Below are positions 26,220 to 60,921 of a stretch of DNA of 64,000 nucleotides, one piece after another. How positions within the stretch are numbered: the stretch's first letter is position 1; each line of letters starts with the position of its first letter. Origin of the DNA: Macrostomum lignano (Eukaryota); contig NIVC01001799.1 in assembly GCA_002269645.1 (NCBI GenBank), positions 95,347 to 159,346 on the forward strand. Direction: 5' to 3'. The notes beneath the pieces are model-generated. The model searched no databases. It saw nothing but the letters and a program-made list of their open reading frames with translations, and was not told the origin of the DNA. The position numbers were made by a program, and so were the translations under genes.

Positions 26220-28015
26220 GGCTGACCAGAAATGACAACTGACCAGAAATAACAACTGACCAGAACTGACACCTGACCAGAACTGACACCTGACCAGAAC
26301 TGACACCTGACCAGAACTGACAACTGACCAGAAATGCCACCTGACCAGAACTGACACCTGACCAAAATTGACACCTGACCAGAAATGACACCTGACCAGA
26401 AATAACACCTGACCAGAACTGACACCTGACCAGAACTGACACCTGACTAGAACTGACATCTGACCAGAAATGACACCTGACCAGAAATGACATCTTACCA
26501 GAACTGACACCTGACGAGAAATGATACCTGACAAGAAATGACATCTGACCAGAACTGATATCTGACCAGAAATGACATCTGACCAGAACTGACACATGAC
26601 CAGAAATGACACCTGACCAGAAATGACACCTGACCAGAAATGATACCTGACAAAAAATGACATCTGACCAGAAATGACACCTGACCAGAAATGACACCTG
26701 ACCAGAACTGACACCTGACCAGAAATGATACCTGACAAAAAATGACATCTGACCAGAACTGACACCTGAGCAGAACTGACACCTGACTAGAACTGACATC
26801 TGACTAGAACTGACACATGACCAGAAATGACACCTGGCCAGAACTGACACCTGACCAGAAATGATACCTGACAAAAAATGACATCTGACCAGAACTGACA
26901 CCTGACCAGAACTGACACCTGACTAGAACTGACATCTGACCAGAACTGACACCTGACCAGAACTGACACCTGACCAGAAATGAAACCTGACCAGAAATGA
27001 CATCTGACCAGAACTGACATCTGACCAGAACTGACATCTGACCAGAACTGACACCTGACCAGAACTGACACCTGACTAGAACTGACTCCTGACCAGAACT
27101 GACACCTGACTAGAACTGATACCTGACCAGAACTGACACCTGAACAGAAATGACACCTGACCAGAAATGACATCTGACCAGAACTGACACCTGACCAGAA
27201 ATGACATCTGACCAGAACTGACATCTGACCAGAACTGACATCTGACCAGAACTGACACCTGACCAGAACTGACACCTGACCAGAACTGACTCCTGACCAG
27301 AACTGACACCTGACCAGAACTGACACCTGACCAGAAATGACATCTGACCAGAAATGACACCTGACTAGAACTGACATTATCTGACCAGAACTGACACCTG
27401 ACCAGAAATGACATCTGACCAGAACTGACACCTGACCAGAGCTGACACCTGACCAGAACTGACATCTGACCAGAACTGACACCTGACCAGAAATGACATC
27501 TGACCAGAACTGACACCTGACTAGAACTGACATCTGACCAGAACTGACATCTGACCAGAACTGACACCTGACCAGAACTGACACCTGACTAGAACTGACA
27601 CCTGACTAGAAATGACATCTGACCAGAACTGACACCTGACCAGAAATGACATCTGACCAGAACTGACACCTGACTAGAACTGACACCTGACTAGAACTGA
27701 CATCTCACCAGAACTGACATCTGACCAGAACTGACACCTGACCAGAACTGACACCTGACTAGAACTGACACCTGACTAGAACTGACATCTGACCAGAACT
27801 GACATCTGACCAGAACTGACACCTGACCAGAACTGACACCTGACTAGAACTGACACCTGACTAGAAATGACATCTGACCAGAACTGACACCTGACCAGAA
27901 ATGACATCTGACCAGAACTGACACCTGACTAGAACTGACACCTGACTAGAAATGACACCTGACCAGAACTGACACCTGACCAGAAATGACATCTTACAAG
28001 CAGTGACACCTGACA
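26220..28015 (+). repeat. 17-bp minisatellite (TGACCAGAACTGACACC) beginning directly after the GPCR stop codon
   Basis: About 100 tandem copies visible. Confidence 0.97.
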
Positions 28016-28324
28016 GTAAAATAGTCAAATGAGTCATTAAATTTTGCAGCCGCAGTTCTGCATGTACACTTATAGTCAAACCAGATGCACAATTAATTGC
28101 ACGGTCGAAACTCAAAATTTCAAGCAGGCGCACCTTGGATGTCGCTTTAACTTCAAGCAATCATATCCCTGTTCTTTTTGTTATACACAAGCTACAGCCC
28201 AAAATTGGGCGTCTTGTCAACGTCTTATAATAAATCCTAAAACATTAACACCGCTTGCAGAAGTGCATAGGTGTTCCACTTAACTCATTACTTAACTAGA
28301 AACTTGTTCGACCTGTGACTGATC

Positions 28325-29290
28325 TCTATGACTGAGGATGAATTCTATGACTGAGGATGAATTCTATGACTGAGGATGAATTCTATGACTGAGGATGAAT
28401 TCTATGACTGAGGATGAATTCTATGACTGAGGATGAATTCTTTGACTGAGGATGAATTCTTTGACTGAGGATGAATTCTATGACTGAGGATGAATTCTAT
28501 GACTGAGGATGAATTCTTTGACTGAGGATCAATTCTTTGACTGAGGATCAATTCTTTGACTGAGGATCAATTCTTTGACTGAGGATAAATTCTTTGACTG
28601 AGGATGAATTCTATGACTGAGGATGAATTCTTTGACTGAGGATCAATTCGATGACTGAGGATCAATTCGATGACTGAGGATCAATTCGATGACTGAGGAT
28701 GAATTCTTTGACTGAGGATCAATTCTATGACTGAGGATCAATTCTATGACTGAGGATGAATTCTATGACTGAGGATCAATTCTATGACTGAGGATCAATT
28801 CTATGACTGAGAATCAATTCTATGACTGAAGATCAATTCTATGACTGAGGATCAATTCTATGACTGAGGATCAATTCGATGACTGAGGATCAATTCGATG
28901 ACTGAGGATCAATTCTATGACTGAAGATCAATTCTATGACTGAGGATCAATTCTATGACTGAGGATGAATTCTATGACTGAGGATCAATTCTATGACTGA
29001 GGATCAATTCGATGACTGAGGATCAATTCTATGACTGAGGATGAATTCTATGACTGAGGATGAATTCTTTGACTGAGGATCAATTCTATGACTGAGGATC
29101 AATTCTATGACTGAGGATCAATTCTATGACTGATGATCAATTCTATGACTGATGATCAGTTCTATGACTGAGGATCAGTTCGATAACTGAGAATGAATTC
29201 TATTATTGAGGATCAATTCTATGACTAAGGATCAATTTTATGACTGAAGATCAATTCTATGACTGAGGATGAATTCTTTGACTGAGGATC
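28325..29290 (+). repeat. 19-bp minisatellite (TGACTGAGGATGAATTCTA)
   Basis: Tandem copies visible. Confidence 0.97.
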
Positions 29291-29460
29291 ATATTATATA
29301 TGTTAAAAAATTTTACGAGCTAAGGAACTCATGCTCAATGACGTTTTTCTCATCTATATTAAACATCCATGTTCTGTGCGGATTATGGAAAATCGCTTTT
29401 GTAGACATTTTCCTGGAGAGAATAATCGCATATCCAGTGAATAAAGACTACAGCTTCTTA

Positions 29461-32400
29461 AGAACTCGAAACTTCAGGAACTCGAAACTTCAGGAACTCG
29501 AAACTTCAGGAACTCGAAGCTTCAGGAACTCAAAACTTAAGGAACTCAAACTTCAGGAACTCGAAACTTCAGGAACTCGAAACTTCAGGAACTCGAAACT
29601 TCAGGAACTCAAACTTCAGGAACTCGAAACTTCAGGAACTCGAAACTTCAGGAACTCGAAACTTCAGGAACTCGAAACTTCAGGAACTCGAAACTTCAGG
29701 AACTCAAACTTCAGGAACTCGAAACTTCAGGAACTCGAAACTTCAGGAACTCGAAACTTCAGGAACTCGAAACTTCAGGAACTCGAAACTTCAGGAACTC
29801 GAAACTTCAGGAACTCGAAACTTCAGGAACTCAAACTTCAGGAACTCGAAACTTCAGGAACTCGAAACTTCAGGAACTCAAACTTCAGGAACTCGAAGCT
29901 TCAGGAACTCGAAACTTAAGGAACTCGAAACTTCAGGCACTCGAAGCTTCAGGAACTCGAAACTTCAGGAACTCAAACTTCAGGAACTCGAAGCTTCAGG
30001 AACTCGAAACTTCAGGCACTCGAAACTTCAGGCACTCGAAACTTCAGGAACTCGAAACTTAAGGAACTTGAAACTTCAGGCACTCGAAACTTCAGGAACT
30101 CGAAACTTCAGGAACTCGAAACTTCAGGAACTCGAAACTTCAGGAACTCGAAACTTCAGGAACTCGAAACTTCAGGAACTCAAACTTCAGGAACTCAAAG
30201 CTTCAGGAACTCGAAACTTAAGGAACTTGAAACTTCAGGCACTCGAAACTTCAGGAACTCGAAACTTCAGGAACTCGAAACTTCAGGAACTCGAAACTTC
30301 AGGAACTCGAAACTTCAGGAACTCAAACTTCAGGAACTCAAACTTCAGGAACTCGAAACTTCAGGAACTCAAACTTCAGGAACTCGAAACTTCAGGAACT
30401 CAAACTTCAGGAACTCAAACTTCAGGAACTCGAAACTTCAGGAACTTGAAACTTCAGGAACTCGAAACTTCAGGAACTCGAAACTTCAGGAACTCGAAAC
30501 TTAAGGAACTTGAAACTTCAGGCACTCGAAACTTCAGGAACTCGAAACTTCAGGAACTCAAACTTCAGGAACTCAAACTTCAGGAACTCGAAACTTCAGG
30601 AACTTGAAACTTCAGGAACTCGAAACTTCAGGAACTCGAAACTTCAGGAACTCGAAACTTAAGGAACTCGAAACTTCAGGCACTCGAAACTTCAGGAACT
30701 CGAAACTTAAGGAACTCGAAACTTAAGGAACTCGAAACTTAAGGAACTCGAAACTTCAGGAACTCAAAACTTCAGGCACTCGAAACTTCAGGCACTCGAA
30801 GCTTCAGGAACTCGAAACTTAAGGAACTCGAAACTTTAGGCACTCGAAACTTCAGGAACTCGAAACTTCAGGAACTCAAACTTCAGGAACTCGAAACTTC
30901 AGGAACTCGAAACTTCAGAAACTCAAACTTCAGGAACCGAAACTTCAGGAACTCGAAACTTCAGGAACTCGAAACTTCAGGAACTCAAACTTCAGGAACT
31001 CGAAACTTCAGGAACTCAAACTTCAGGAACTCGAAACTTCAGGAACTTGAAACTTCAGGAACTCGAAACTTAAGGAACTCGAAACTTCAGGCACTCGAAA
31101 CTTCAGGAACTCGAAACTTAAGGAACTCGAAACTTAAGGAACTCGAAACTTAAGGAACTCGAAACTTCAGGAACTCAAAACTTCAGGCACTCGAAACTTC
31201 AGGCACTCGAAGCTTCAGGAACTCGAAACTTAAGGAACTCGAAACTTTAGGCACTCGAAACTTCAGGAACTCGAAACTTCAGGAACTCAAACTTCAGGAA
31301 CTCGAAACTTCAGGAACTCGAAACTTCAGAAACTCAAACTTCAGGAACCGAAACTTCAGGAACTCGAAACTTCAGGAACTCGAAACTTCAGGAACTCAAA
31401 CTTCAGGAACTCGAAACTTCAGGAACTCGAAACTTCAGGAACTGGAAACTTTACGTACTCGAAACCTCACGTACTCGAAAAAAGTTAGACACTTCACAAG
31501 CTCGAAACTTCAGGAACTCAAACTTAAGGAACTCGAAGCTTCAGGAACTCGAAACTTCAGGAACTCGAAACTTCAGGAACTCGAAACTTCAGGAACTCGA
31601 AACTTCAGGAACTCGAAACTTCAGGAACTCGAAACTTCAGGAACTCGAAACTTCAGGAACTCGAAACTTCAGGAACTCGAAACTTCAGGAACTCAAACTT
31701 CAGGAACTCGAAACTTCAGGAACTCGAAACTTCAGGAACTGGAAACTTTACGTACTCGAAACCTCACGTACTCGAAAAAAGTTAGACACTTCACAAGCTC
31801 GAAACTTCAGGAACTCAAACTTAAGGAACTCGAAGCTTCAGGAACTCGAAACTTCAGGAACTCGAAACTTCAGGAACTCGAAACTTCAGGAACTCGAAAC
31901 TTCAGAAACTCAAACTTCAGGAACCGAAACTTCAGGAACTCGAAACTTCAGGAACTCGAAACTTCAGGAACTCAAACTTCAGGAACTCGAAACTTCAGGA
32001 ACTCGAAACTTCAGGAACTGGAAACTTTACGTACTCGAAACCTCACGTACTCGAAAAAAGTTAGACACTTCACAAGCTCGAAACTTCAGGAACTCAAACT
32101 TAAGGAACTCGAAGCTTCAGGAACTCGAAACTTCAGGAACTCGAAACTTCAGGAACTCGAAACTTCAGGAACTCGAAACTTCAGGAACTGGAAACTTTAC
32201 GTACTCGAAACCTCACGTACTCGAAAAAAGTTAGACACTTCACAAGCTCGAAACTTCAGGAACTCGAAGCTTCAGGAACTCGAAACTTCAGGAACTCGAA
32301 ACTTCAGGAACTCGAAACTTCAGGAACTCAAACTTCAGGAACTCAAAACTTCAGGAACTCGAAACTTCAGGAACTCGAAACTTCAGGAACTCGAAACTTC

Positions 32401-32620
32401 AGGAACTCAAACTTCAGGAACTCGAAACTTCAGGAACTCGAAACTTCAGGAACTCGAAACTTCAGGAACTCAAACTTCAGGAACTCGAAACTTCAGGAAC
32501 TCGAAACTTCAGGAACTGGAAACTTTACGTACTTGAAACCTCACGTACTCGAAAAAAGTTAGACACTTCACAAGCTCGAAACTTCAGGAACTCGAAAGTT
32601 CAGAAACTCGAAAGTTCAAC
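29461..32620 (+). repeat. 16-bp satellite (CGAAACTTCAGGAACT) whose monomer contains a perfect nGAAnnTTCnnGAAn heat-shock element; higher-order cassettes present
   Basis: Tandem array directly visible; the monomer parses as cGAAa-cTTCa-gGAAc-t. Confidence 0.96.
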
Positions 32621-33455
32621 GGTTTATTGAGCAAATGAAGCTAAACAGCCAACATTTTAATCAAATTCAGTGTCTGTGGAGAAACCAGGAAAAAAACAGG
32701 TCAAGCTTTTTTGCAGAGTTGAATTTTTACGATGTTTTCAACTTGCTCATAACGGAATCGATGACCAAACTCAAATGCTATGCAGCCAGTAATTCGATGC
32801 CTGCTTAATCCGGATCAATCAAGAAATGCACAGGAAGTAAGCAAATCCTGCATAGCAACTACGGGCGGATAAACTGGCTGATTGATAGTTGATTCCTAGA
32901 TGCCCGGAATTATCCATGTTGCCATGCAGTGAGAATTATTGCCAAGGAAGCGGAAGGACTGATCCAGGCGATGAGGCACCGCTATTGATGCGCTGCAGAC
33001 GGGACAGCACAGGCTAATGAGGCCGCACTTGAGAGTCTTCCTCAGTTTAGGAGGAATCCCGAGAACCCTCTCGTCTCCTTTTCTTTCAGCTTCACCTGAT
33101 GGCGGAACTGTTGAAAGCAGGTCTCAGCAAGGGGGGGGGGAGTTGAGCTCAGAGTTTCTCTTAATAAAATCTATCGAGCCGCAAAATCATTCCGGAAAAC
33201 AGAGTTGCGAAGCATATCAGCTTGGCTGGTCCTTGTCTCAGATTGCGATAATTAACATTCTCGTCTAGTTGGTTTATGATGCTAAACTGCATCGACAACA
33301 AGATGGAGGAGCAAAGCGATTTACGAGCGATTTGTTGACAGTAATGAATCTGCACTTTTGATGGTTTGGTAATCACTTCCCGGCCGGCCTATTTGGTTAA
33401 GGGTATTAAATAATTGTAATAACCTCAAGTCATGGGTTTATTACAGAATAAATAA

Positions 33456-34054
<599 letters not shown>

Positions 34055-34489
34055 GGAAAGTGGAACAGTCGCGTTAACCAATGAATCTAGGTTAAAATGG
34101 AAAACATAACACACTAAAAGTCTGCCATTAATTACCAGTTAAACAAAGGCATGAAGAAACAAGCAAAGGTGATTCAGAATTTATATTTTAGCAATGAAGG
34201 CTCTCACCACCTGCCGGTTGCATAACTAGCATTGACGAAAACAAAACTCAGAATAAAAACAAGGCGTACAAATAAAGCAATACAGGTGGATAGAATGGCG
34301 GGATCGAGGCATTGGCCAGAGGCGGGAGGATCAGGTCAGGAACTACGCACGCTTATGGTCAGCACGACATAGAAATCGTTGGAAACAGAAATCGTGTTAG
34401 ATTTTTAAAATCGACAAGGAGAGATGGGGAACAAAAAAACACCAACAATAAACAGGCCTATCCTGACTAGGTAATAAAAGCTTCTGTTT

Positions 34490-34945
34490 ACCTTAGATAC
34501 GGCTATACGACCCATAGCAACTGATTGATTGCCTTGGATACCATCTTGAAAACCATAGCAACGATTGTTTCCCTTAGATACGGCTATACGGCCCATAGCA
34601 ACGAATTATCTACCTTGGAAACCGCCATTCAAGCCATAGCATCGGATTGTTTAGGTTGGATACGGCCATTCGAGCCAAGGCAACAGATTGTTTCCCTTGG
34701 ATACGGCCTTTCGAGCCAAAGCAACTGATTGTTTCTGTTTGATAAGGCCATAGTAACGGATTTTTTACCTTAGATACGGCTATACGGTCCATAGCAACGA
34801 ATTGTCTATCATTGATCGATACCGCCATTCAAGCCATAGCAACGGGTTGTTTGCGTTGGATACGGCCTTTATAGCCATAGCAACGGCTTGTTTATCTCGG
34901 ATGCGGCTAAACGGCCCATAGCAACGGTTAGTTTACCTTGGATAC
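34490..34945 (+). repeat. Degenerate about 40-bp tandem repeat (TTGGATACGGC...CCATAGCAAC...)
   Basis: GGATACGGC and CCATAGCAAC recur at about 40-bp spacing, roughly 11 times. Confidence 0.8.
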
Positions 34946-35134
34946 GGGTCATTTTTCCTAACAAAACCAACCTCAACACAAAAAACGCACTAGCAGTTCA
35001 ATAAGAAGCAACAAAAACCACAATACACATAAAATGAACAGAACATAGGTATACATACTGCCAGCATATAAATATAAGCAAATACATCCAATGGAATCTG
35101 GGTGGACAAACACTGTAAGCCGCTGCTCAGAACC

Positions 35135-56316
<21,182 letters not shown>

Positions 56317-57004
56317 GCAAATAATATGGAATCTTGAATTAAAATAAAATGCGCTTTCAAGCTACTGATAGTAGAAATATTTGAATTTTTACAAAACACT
56401 ACAGACATTACAAGTTAAATTAACAGATACACTATAGCAGAGCTATTCTCTAGAATTTTTTACTAATTCGATGCAGCTCGAAGAGGCTGGATATCCATCC
56501 ACTGAACCTGACATAGCTATGATTTAATTATCATGAAAAAATTAACACAGTTTACCAGAGTTTGTAACAACTACAAACGGCGTATACAAATATATGTGTA
56601 TATATATATATATTTAATAGTATATTCACAAAAAATTTAGATCAAAGATGTGCTGATTACTCTGACTAGGCCACAATGAGACAGATTATTAAATTAATTA
56701 ATCAAGCAGTACGCACAGTTAATAACAAACAGCTGTGACTGGGCCTGGACGAGACATATAATACTACTATGCAAGCGTTTTTTATTAATTTCAAAATTTC
56801 CATGATTCTTTGAACAGCGAGATTTTATTCTTTTTTTATTCAGAGTTGCACAATAAAGTTTAACGATGGCCTACACAGAAGCGGAACTGCGGATAGCTAA
56901 TAAACAACTTGCGCCGATGGCGTTCACTAACCGCTAAACGCGAGACACACAAGAGATGCAATTAAAAGCTGTGCTTGAGTAGGTGCTCCAAGACAGAGTA
57001 AAGT

Positions 57005-57790
<786 letters not shown>

Positions 57791-58239
57791 AGGTAGATTA
57801 GCTCAGTGGCTGTGCACTAGTGAATTCCAGTTCATAAGGACGTTTGCAATCTACCGACATGTGAAGTAACAAATATTTCACAGTGCACATCATCAGCTCA
57901 ATAACTTATTTCAGAGCACGACATGAAAATATCAAAAAACGGGCCAGTAACAAAACTGGAGTTCAATAAAAATGCGCTCAAAAATTATATAAATAGAATT
58001 GAAAACACGATTATAAATCAAAGGTTTGTAACTGTCCGCATATAAACAGAGCATTCAGAAAAAACACGTTGGACACGCAACAACAACAGAACTGAAAATA
58101 CAATTTTTTTTATTTCGTCTTTTAACCCGAAATTTTCGGCGAACACGATAGCAAGCAAAGGAAACAGACAAGCCGTCTACAACATTAATAAACGGGTATT
58201 ACAGTATTGCTTTCAGTCTTCAGACTAAACAGCCGCGGT

Positions 58240-60921
58240 CTATCTGGTGTAAAAGACTCGATAGTAGAGCCACTTGGAGCGCCACAGCGAGTAAGAGTTG
58301 TCGAACTTCAACAGGTACACACCTCTGCCAGGGTACTGGTGGCTGCCGCAGTAGACCTCCTCGTGGCAGTCGCGCCTGTACACTGGTATGATCTCGTCGA
58401 TTGATTTATCGTCATCGCGGCGGCGTCGAGAACCACGCTCGGGATCGTCGGGGCGCTCCACGTCTGACGGCGGAGTGAGGTGGTTGGCGGAGTGGGGTGG
58501 GTAGCGGAGTGAGGTGGTTGGCTGAGTGGGGTTGGGTAGCGGAGTGAGGTGGTTGGCGGAGTGGGGTGGGTAGCGGAGTGAGGTGGTTGGCGGAGTGGGG
58601 TGGGTAGCGGAGTGAGGTGGTTGGCGGAGTGGGGTGGGTAGCGGAGTGAGGTGGTTGGCGGAGTGGGGTTGGGTAGCGGAGTGAGGTGGTTGGCGGAGTG
58701 GGGTTGGGTAGCGGAGTGAGGTGCTTGGCGGAGTGGGGTTGGGTAGCGGAGTGAGGTGGTTGGCGGAGTGGGGTTGGGTAGCGGAGTGAGGTGGTTGGCG
58801 GAGTGGGGTTGGGTAGCGGAGTGAGGTGCTTGGCGGAGTGGGGTTGGGTAGCGGAGTGAGGTGGTTGGCGGAGTGGGGTTGGGTAGCGGAGTGAGGTGCT
58901 TGGCGGAGTGGGGTTGGGTAGCGGAGTGAGGTGGTTGGCGGAGCGGGGTGGGTAGCGGAGTGAGGTGGTTGGCTGAGTGGGTTGGTAGCGGAGTGAGGTG
59001 GTTGGCGGAGTGGGGTGGGTAGCAGAGTGAGGTGGGTGGCGGAGTGAGGTCAGTGGGGGAGTGAGGTGGTTGGCGGAGTGAGGTGGTTGGCGGAGTGAGG
59101 TGGTTGGCGGAGTGAGGTGGTTGGCGGAGTGAGGTGGTTGTGGGAGTAAGGTGGTTGGCAGTGAGGCGGTGGCGGTGGCTGGGTGTCGGATTGAGGTGGG
59201 TGTCAGAATGCGTTAGCACCCTATAACAGAGTAGTTCTCTTTACACTAAAATAAAGTTCCGCAATGCTCAAAAAGCTGCTCACCGCCCTCGCCGCGCGGG
59301 GCTTCTCCATCTTCTCCTTCATCATCGTCCTCTTCGTCGGAGCTTTCGCTAATTTGCACTGTCACCTTGTCCGACGGTGTGATAGTCCATTCGAAATAGA
59401 CGCCAAATCCCAAATCGTAATGATCAGTGGCGAATTCCCAAACAATGCACGTGCCCTCCTCGTGGGTTGGAACCCGGACCTACGAGCAAAATTAGCGCAC
59501 GCTTGAATTTAGAAAAAAATTGAATTAAAATGCAGATGAACATTGAAAGATTTGGCACCTACAGTGGCAGTAGCCAGAGACCCGATCTTAATGCAGCAGT
59601 GCTTGCTGTCGCGCAGAATCTCTTTCTTAAATTCGGCAATGTTCTGGCGAGTCCAAATACTGGCGGGAATCAGCTGCGGCATCTCGGGCAGGGGCTCTGA
59701 AGTTTAGAGATTGGGGACTCACAGTTTTGACGAGAATTAGGAAGGTGGGTGCTTGGCGGAGGTGGGTGGAGGAGTAGGTGGATTTGCAGAGTGAGGTGCT
59801 GGGCGGAGTGAGGTGGGTGCTTGGTGGAGGAAGGCGGGTGCTTATTGGAGTGAGGTGGGTGCTTGGCGGAGGAAGGGGTGCTTGGCGGAGCGAGGTGGAT
59901 ATTTGGTGGAGTGAGGTGGGTGCTTAGTGGAGTGAGGTGGGTGCTTGGCGGAGTGAGGTGGGTGCTTCGCAGAGTTAGGTGTAAGCGTGGTGGACGGAGG
60001 CGGGTGATCACCAAGCCACTGCTCACCGTCGATGCCCTCCAGGGCGGGATCGCCGCTCGGCGAAATCGGCAGAACCGCAGTTCCAGAATCAGCACTGGCC
60101 GGAGGCGCTTCATCATCTCCGGCGGCGTCGGTTTCGGCTCCACCGTCGAGCGATTCAACGGCAACATTAGCAGCCTCTTGGTTGCTAGGGCTAGACGAAT
60201 TCGGTTGCCGGCGCTGCATAAGTAGCTGCCTGGCCTGCTCCCTCTGATGATGCAACTGCTGCTCATAGGACATGCTAATGTACTGCTGATAGTGCTGCTC
60301 CTGCAGCTGGCTAATGAGCTCCTGCTGCTTAGCTGCATTGTTGGGATGCTGCTCGGCTGCGTACTGACGGAACTGGATAGCCGTCTGCTGGTTCAACGCC
60401 TCGCGAGTCTGCAATCTGAAAGTTTTAGGCTGGGAAAAATGCGGAATAGAATCAAATTCTTGACAAGCCACTGTCAGATTAACACAAGCATTTCTGCATT
60501 TTAGAGTAAGACTCAAATTTCAGTCATTTGGACCAAAAGAAAAGCTCGACAGGTTGCTTTCACAAGCTCGAAGCTCGAAACTTCACAAGGTCTAAACCGT
60601 TTATGCTGCGAGCTACAAGCTGGCGACAATGACAAACAGGACTTCTCACCCACTGAACTGAAAGTTGACAAACAGTTTTTACCAAACAATACGCCTAAGA
60701 AGTGGCCTGTCTAGTTACTACTATAAGCGTATGTGGGGCAGACTAAGACACCATGGTCAAATCCATATTATACTGAGTACTAACTCTTGCTCCTGGCTGA
60801 GGTGTTGCTGCTTTTGCTGCGGCAGCTGTTGCTCAGCAGATTGCTGCTCCGGCTCTTGCTGCTCCTGCTCTTGCTGCTCCTGTTGCACCGACTGCTGCTG
60901 CTGCTGCTGCTGCTCAGACAT
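58240..60921 (-). CDS. ACBD3: ACBD3 / GCP60-like Golgi scaffold protein (Q-domain + GOLD domain), 5 coding exons, about 359 aa from the first in-frame ATG; 5' end uncertain
   Basis: Exons (minus strand): 60921-60785, 60415-60027, 59696-59563, 59479-59284, 58463-58240, GT-AG with consistent phases. Diagnostic segments: [17 protein letters not shown]...[82 protein letters not shown] further upstream intron is probable at 61004-61260. Confidence 0.9.
58470..59170 (+). repeat. 35-bp G-rich minisatellite (GCGGAGTGAGGTGGTTGGCGGAGTGGGGTTGGGTA) in the last ACBD3 intron
   Basis: Tandem copies built from 17-18-bp subunits. Confidence 0.94.
59745..59970 (+). repeat. About 21-bp G-rich minisatellite (GGAGTGAGGTGGGTGCTTGGC) in an ACBD3 intron
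   Basis: Degenerate tandem copies, related to the 35-bp unit in the last intron. Confidence 0.8.

Noticed and set aside
26220-32620. Regular short repeats superficially resembling CRISPR arrays
   Set aside because: They are head-to-tail tandem monomers with no unique spacers, there are no cas genes, and the context is eukaryotic.
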